Positions 55,235 through 64,000 of a DNA stretch of 64,000 nt are shown in pieces. Location: assembly GCA_964016885.1 (NCBI GenBank), contig OZ024744.1, positions 114,700,001 through 114,764,000 of the forward strand, given 5' to 3'. The notes beneath the pieces are model-generated. The model was not told the origin of the DNA, did not search any database, and worked only from the letters and a program-made list of their open reading frames with translations. The stretch's first letter is position 1, and each line of letters opens with the position of its first letter. This DNA comes from Eledone cirrhosa. Its lineage: Eukaryota. The position numbers and the translations under genes were made by a program.

Positions 55235-58200
55235 TACATACATATACATACATATATATACATACATACATATACATATATATATACATACATACATATA
55301 CATATATATATACATACATATCTATACATATATATATATATACATATCTATACATATATATATATATACATATCTATACATATATATATATATACATATC
55401 TATACATATATATATATATATACATATCTATACATATATATATATATACATATCTATACATATATATATATATATACATATCTATACATATATATATATA
55501 CATATCTATACATATATATATATACATATCTATACATATATATATATACATATCTATACATATATATATATATATATACATATCTATACATATATATATA
55601 TACATATCTATACATATATATATATATATACATATCTATACATATATATATATATACATATCTATACATATATATATATATACATATCTATACATATATA
55701 TATATATACATATCTATACATATATATATACATATCTATACATATATATATACATATCTATACATATATATATACATATCTATACATATATATATACATA
55801 TCTATACATATATATATACAGTATCTATGAGCTTATATATATATATTAGCATATCTATACATATATAGATATAGTACATATCTATACATATATGATATGT
55901 ATTAGGTACAGTAGTCTATACAGTATATATATAGTATACATATCTATACATATATATATATATATACATATCTATACATATATATATATATATATATATC
56001 TATACATATCTATACATATATATATATATCTATATATCTATACATATCTATACATATATATATATAATATACATATCTATATATATATATTATATATATA
56101 CATATCTATACATATATATATATATATACATATCTATACATTATATATATATATATACATATCTATACATATAATATATATACATATCTATACATATATA
56201 TATATATATATATACATATCTATACATATATATATAATATACATATCTATACATAGTAGTATATAAATATACATATCTATACATTATAGTATATATATAC
56301 ATATCTATACATATATATATATCTATACATATCTATACATATAGTACATATCTATACATATATATACATATCTATACATATATAGTACATATCTATACAT
56401 ATCTATACATATATATACATATCTATACATATCTATACATATATATACATATCTATACAGTATATATATATATACATATCTATACATATATATATATATA
56501 TACATATCTATACATATATATATATATACATATCTATACATATATATAGTAGTATATACATATCTATACATATATATATATATACATAGCTATACATATA
56601 TATATATATATATACATATCTATACATATATATATATATATAGCATATCTATACATATATATATATATATACATATCTATACATATATATATATATATAC
56701 ATATCTATACATATATATATATATATACATATCTATACATATTATATATATATACATATCTATACATATATATATATATATATCATATCTATACAGTATA
56801 GTATAGTATACATATCTATACATATATATATATATATACATATCTATACATATATATATATATATACATATCTATACATATATATTATATATATACAGTA
56901 TCTATACATATATATATATATATACATATCTATACATATATATATATAGTATACATATCTATACATATATATATATATATACATATCTATACATATATAT
57001 ATATATATACATATCTATACATATATATATATATGAGCATACTAGAGCATAGTATATATATATATACATATCTATACATATATATATATATATACATATC
57101 TATACATATATGAGATATAAGTACATATCTTACATATATATATATATATAGCATAGCTAGTACATAGTAGTGAGTAGTGAGTATAGTACATATCTATACA
57201 TATATATATATATATACTTAGCTATACATATAGATATATTATATATACTATAGTTATACATATTATATATATATATACATATCTATACATATATATATAT
57301 ATATACATATCTATACATATATATATATATACATATCTAGTACATAGTATATAGTAGAGACATGACTAGTACATATATATAGTACATATCTATACATATA
57401 GATGTATACATAGGTGATATGTATAGTGAGTGCAGTATCTATACATATATATATATATATACATATCTATACATATAGTATATATTATACAGTAGATCTA
57501 TGACATAGTATATAGTTATATACATATCTATACATATATATATATATATACATATCTATACATATATATATATATACATATCTATACATATATATATATA
57601 TACATATCTATACATATATTATATACATATCTATACATATATATATACATATCTATACATATATATATAGTACATATCTATACATATATATATATACATA
57701 TCTATACATATATATATACATATCTATACATATATATATACATATCTATACATATATATATATATATATCTATACATATATATATATAGTACATATCTTA
57801 TACATATATATATACATATCATATCTATAATCGAGTATATATATATTTACATATCTATACATATATATTATATATACTGTATCGTGTACATATAGTAGTA
57901 GGTATATGTACATATCTATAGCATATTAGTAGTATTAGTACATATCTATACATATATATATTACATAGCTATACTATATATATATATACATATCTATACA
58001 TATATATATATATACATATCTATACATATATATATATATATACATATCTATACTTATATATATATATACATATCTATACATATATATATATATACATATC
58101 TATACATATATATATATATACATATCTATACATATATATATATATACATATCTATACATATATTTATACATATCTATACATATATATAAATCTATACATA

Positions 58201-58957
58201 TATATAGTATACATATCTATACATATATATATATTATACATTATCTATACATATATATATATACATATCTATACATATATATATATACATATCTATACAT
58301 ATATATATATATACATATCTATACATATATATATATATACATATCTATACATATCTATACATATATATATATATACCTATCTATACATATATATATATAT
58401 ACATATCTATACATATATATATATATACATATCTATACATATATATTATATATACATATCTATACATATATATATATATACATATCTATACATATATATA
58501 TATATACATATCTATACATATATATATATATACATATCTATACATATATATATATATACATATCTATACATATATATATATATACATATCTATACATATA
58601 TTATATACATATCTATACATATATATATACATATCTATACATATATATATGACATATATCTATACATATATATATATACATATCTATACATATATATATA
58701 TATACATATCTATACATATATTATATATATACATATCTATACATATATATATATATACATATCTATACATATATATATATATACATATCTATACATATAT
58801 ATATATATATACATATCTATACATATATATATATACATACATATCTATACATATATATATATATACATATCTATACATATATATACATATATATATATAT
58901 ACATATATATATATAATACATATCTATATATACATATATATATATACATATCTATAC

Positions 58958-58988
<31 letters not shown>

Positions 58989-59101
58989 CATATATATATA
59001 TACATATCTATACATATATATATATACATATATATAATATATACATATATATATATATACATATATAATATATATACATATATATAATATATATAATATA
59101 T
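55235..59101. repeat. TATCTATACA(TA)nCA tract, noisy from about 55800
   Basis: Directly visible; scattered agt insertions approaching the gap. Confidence 0.95.
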
Positions 59102-59301
59102 NNNNNNNNNNNNNNNNNNNNNNNNNNNNNNNNNNNNNNNNNNNNNNNNNNNNNNNNNNNNNNNNNNNNNNNNNNNNNNNNNNNNNNNNNNNNNNNNNNN
59201 NNNNNNNNNNNNNNNNNNNNNNNNNNNNNNNNNNNNNNNNNNNNNNNNNNNNNNNNNNNNNNNNNNNNNNNNNNNNNNNNNNNNNNNNNNNNNNNNNNNN
59301 N
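59102..59301. other. Assembly gap (200 N)
   Basis: N run. Confidence 1.
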
Positions 59302-59956
59302 AAACCGTTGCATACGCATTGGTACACTGCTCGGGCATTGCTGATCTGTGGGGCTATGTAGAACAACTGCTGTCAAGTGTGGGACCGATCCGGTTGACCA
59401 CCGAGTCTATTGTAACGATCAAGCCGCCTCCCCTCTTCAAAAACGAAGAAGAGGCGGTGTTTCTATGCGTAATAGCCATGGCGAAAGAGGTTGTATGGTG
59501 GACAGGTCTGAAAGGACTGAGGTCAGACACCTTTCTCTCTGGCCAACAACTGGTCCGTTTCTTCCGATATCATTTCGGAAGAAGGATCAGGATGGAGAGA
59601 GAGGTGCTGCACCCCAGCCGTTTTTATGAAAGATGGGTGAAAGTGGCGAGAATGGCCTGTGTGAATGGGCCTTCACTCTACATCAGACTATAGGTGAGGA
59701 AGATGAAAGACCAAGGGAGCACCCCTTCTCTGTGTTCCTGAGGAGAAGGGTTGCACACTTTTTTTCGAGGGTGTGTGCGACCCCCCAAGGCGCCTCCTCT
59801 CTATTGAGGATTTTGTTATAAATTTTATCTTGTTATATTTTATTTTATTTTTATATTTTGTTATTGCCTCCTCCTTATTGAGGACCCCTTCTTATGTAAA
59901 CTCCCCCCATTGTACTTGTCCCACCTTTTGATGCCCTGGTGGCAAATAAGAAAATT
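59302..59956 (+). mobile_element. 3' end of an L1/Tx1-type LINE
   Basis: (E)TVAYALVHC....LW zinc-knuckle tail, AKEVVW, ERW; T-rich 3'UTR ending aataagaaaa. Confidence 0.7.
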
Positions 59957-60023
59957 ATCTATACATATATACATATATATATATATATACATATCTATAC
60001 ATATATATATATACGTATACATA

Positions 60024-60282
60024 TGAAGGCATATGGCTTAGTGGTTAGAGCATTGGCTTTGCAATCGAAAGGTTGTGAGTTCAATTCTCAGACTGGGTGA
60101 TGTGCTGTTTCCTTGAGCAAGACACTTTATTTCACATTGCTCCAGTTTACTCAGCTGTAGAAATGAGTACCGACCTGCCGGCCCAGCCAGTGGGATGGCG
60201 TCATCTTATGGCTAAATCAGCACGGCGTGCTGTAATCAGCGGCGCCGTTTGGCGCTCGACAGACTGGTCGGTCAAGGTGATA
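60024..60282 (+). mobile_element. CORE-type SINE with an alternative 3' tail
   Basis: Head and CORE near-identical to the 12412 copy up to GAAATGAG, then an unrelated tail of about 115 bp. Confidence 0.85.
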
Positions 60283-60376
60283 TACACATATATATGTATA
60301 TATATATATATACATATATACATGTATATATATATATATATACATATATACATGTATATATATATATATACATGAC

Positions 60377-60738
60377 AGCTGAGTAAACTGGAGCAATGTG
60401 AAATAAAGTGTCTTGCTCAAGGAAACAACACATCACCCGGTCAATTCTCAGAACGGGTGATGTGTTGTTTCCTTGAGCAAGACACTTTATTTCACATTGC
60501 TCCAGTTTACTCAGCTGTAGAAATGAGATGATAGGGACTGAGGTCCCTATCATTCCACTGCAAAGTGGTCGTGTAGGTGCCACGGCAAAAAAAAAAAAAA
60601 AAAACACCCAGCACTCACTGTAAATGAGGTTGGTGTTAGGAAGGGCATCCAGCTGTAGAAATCAAGCCAGAATCAGTTCCCGTCCCACCCTTGCAAGCAG
60701 GGAAAAAGCGGACGTAAAATGGTGATGATGATGATGAT
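60377..60738 (+). mobile_element. 5'-truncated CORE-type SINE with RTE tail and inverted-duplicated 5' end
   Basis: 60377-60439 is the reverse complement of about 60454-60516; the rest matches 12469-12755. Confidence 0.88.
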
Positions 60739-62511
<1,773 letters not shown>

Positions 62512-62554
62512 TATGATATTAAATAAATGGAAACTATATTTATAAAACCATATT

Positions 62555-62620
62555 TATTTCGTTATATATATTTCAGGGATATCATATTAACAATATGTTA
62601 TGCCATCTTCAGACAAAATA
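62555..62620 (-). ncRNA. Type I hammerhead ribozyme (mirror copy)
   Basis: Reverse complement of 62771-62836. Confidence 0.8.
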
Positions 62621-62770
62621 CAATATAAACAGTCTTATAAATAAATAGATATGACATACCTTTCAATCACCTTGCATTTGGGAGGTTGATTTGGTACCAA
62701 ATCAACCTCCCAAATGCAAGGTGATTGAAAGGTATGTCATATCTATTTATTTATAAGACTGTTTATATTG

Positions 62771-62836
62771 TATTTTGTCTGAAGATGGCATAACATATTG
62801 TTAATATGATATCCCTGAAATATATATAACGAAATA
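62771..62836 (+). ncRNA. Type I hammerhead ribozyme
   Basis: TATTTTGT-CTGAAGA-TGGCATAACATATT-gtt-AATATGATATCCCT-GAAA-TATAT-ATA-ACGAAATA; 8-bp stem I with one G-U. Confidence 0.8.
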
Positions 62837-62966
62837 AATATGGTTTTATAAATATAGTTTCCATTTATTTAATATCATAAATATACTCCAAATACTTGTT
62901 GAGTGCTTTTATATCAGTTATAAATATTTACTCGTTGTTAACCCAACAATTTAAATTTAACTTTGC

Positions 62967-62974
62967 ATATATAC

Positions 62975-63043
<69 letters not shown>

Positions 63044-63530
63044 CATATATACATATATACATATATATATATACATATATATATATACATATATATATAT
63101 GCATATATATATATACATATATATATATACATATATATATATACATATATATATATGCATATATATATATACATATATATATATACATATATATATATAC
63201 ATATATATATATACATATATATATATACATATATATATATACATATATATATACATATATATATACATATATATATACATATATATATACATATATATAT
63301 ACATATACATATATATATACATATATACATATACATATATATATACATATATACATATACATATATATATACATATATATATACATATATATATATACAT
63401 ATACATATATATATACATATATATATATACATATACATATACATATATATATACATATATATATACATATATATATACATATATATATACATATATATAT
63501 ACATATATATATATATACATATATATATAC

Positions 63531-63561
<31 letters not shown>

Positions 63562-63574
63562 CATATATATATAC

Positions 63575-63605
<31 letters not shown>

Positions 63606-63630
63606 CATATATATATACATATATATATAC

Positions 63631-63665
<35 letters not shown>

Positions 63666-64000
63666 CATATATATATACATATATATATATATACATATAT
63701 ATTTACATATATATATATATACATATATATATACATATATATATAATACATATTTATATATATTACATATATATATATATATATATACATATAATATATA
63801 TATATATATATACATATATATATAAATATACATATATATATACATATATATAAATCTATAATATATATATATACAACATATATATACATATATATATACA
63901 TATCTATACATATATATATATACATATCTATACATATATATATATACATATCTATCACATATATATATACATATCATATAATATATATAAATATCTATAC
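62967..64000. repeat. (TA)n tract, TACA-type
   Basis: Directly visible. Confidence 0.97.

Larger units (their letters stand above)
62512..62879. repeat. Perfect 368-bp palindrome
   Basis: Centre GGT|ACC at 62695/62696; 184-bp arms, no spacer. Confidence 0.95.

Noticed and set aside
55800-58000. agt/gag insertions as a coded pattern
   Set aside because: Irregular and near the gap; most likely low-coverage consensus error

Overview
Eukaryotic, repeat-saturated window with no recognisable host gene. The repeat families point to a cephalopod (Octopus-like) genome; this is inferred, not proven. Much of the window is kb-long degenerate (TA)n microsatellite, and all the YIYI-type ORFs are artefacts of it. 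Embedded in these tracts are: RTE-clade LINEs (families A, B, C, E; A/B/C carry a PHD-like C4HC3 finger inside the RT region), a non-autonomous bipartite RTE derivative (family D, 3 copies), two tRNA-derived SINE families, decayed Penelope-like element (PLE) fragments, an internally deleted Helitron next to a 5.4-kb 59-bp satellite, a 96-bp minisatellite, an L1/Tx1-type 3' end and a 200-N gap. Signals not shown by the ORF track: (i) nine sequence-diverse minimal type I hammerhead ribozyme motifs plus half motifs, including a mirrored pair in a perfect 368-bp palindrome; (ii) a family-specific rule linking element orientation to the TACA/TGTA polarity of the flanking microsatellite; (iii) a structured RTE 5'UTR module reused in the 3'UTRs of other LINEs and in SINE tails; (iv) a possible HDV-like ribozyme at the 5' end of family D. 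All alignments and folds were done by eye.
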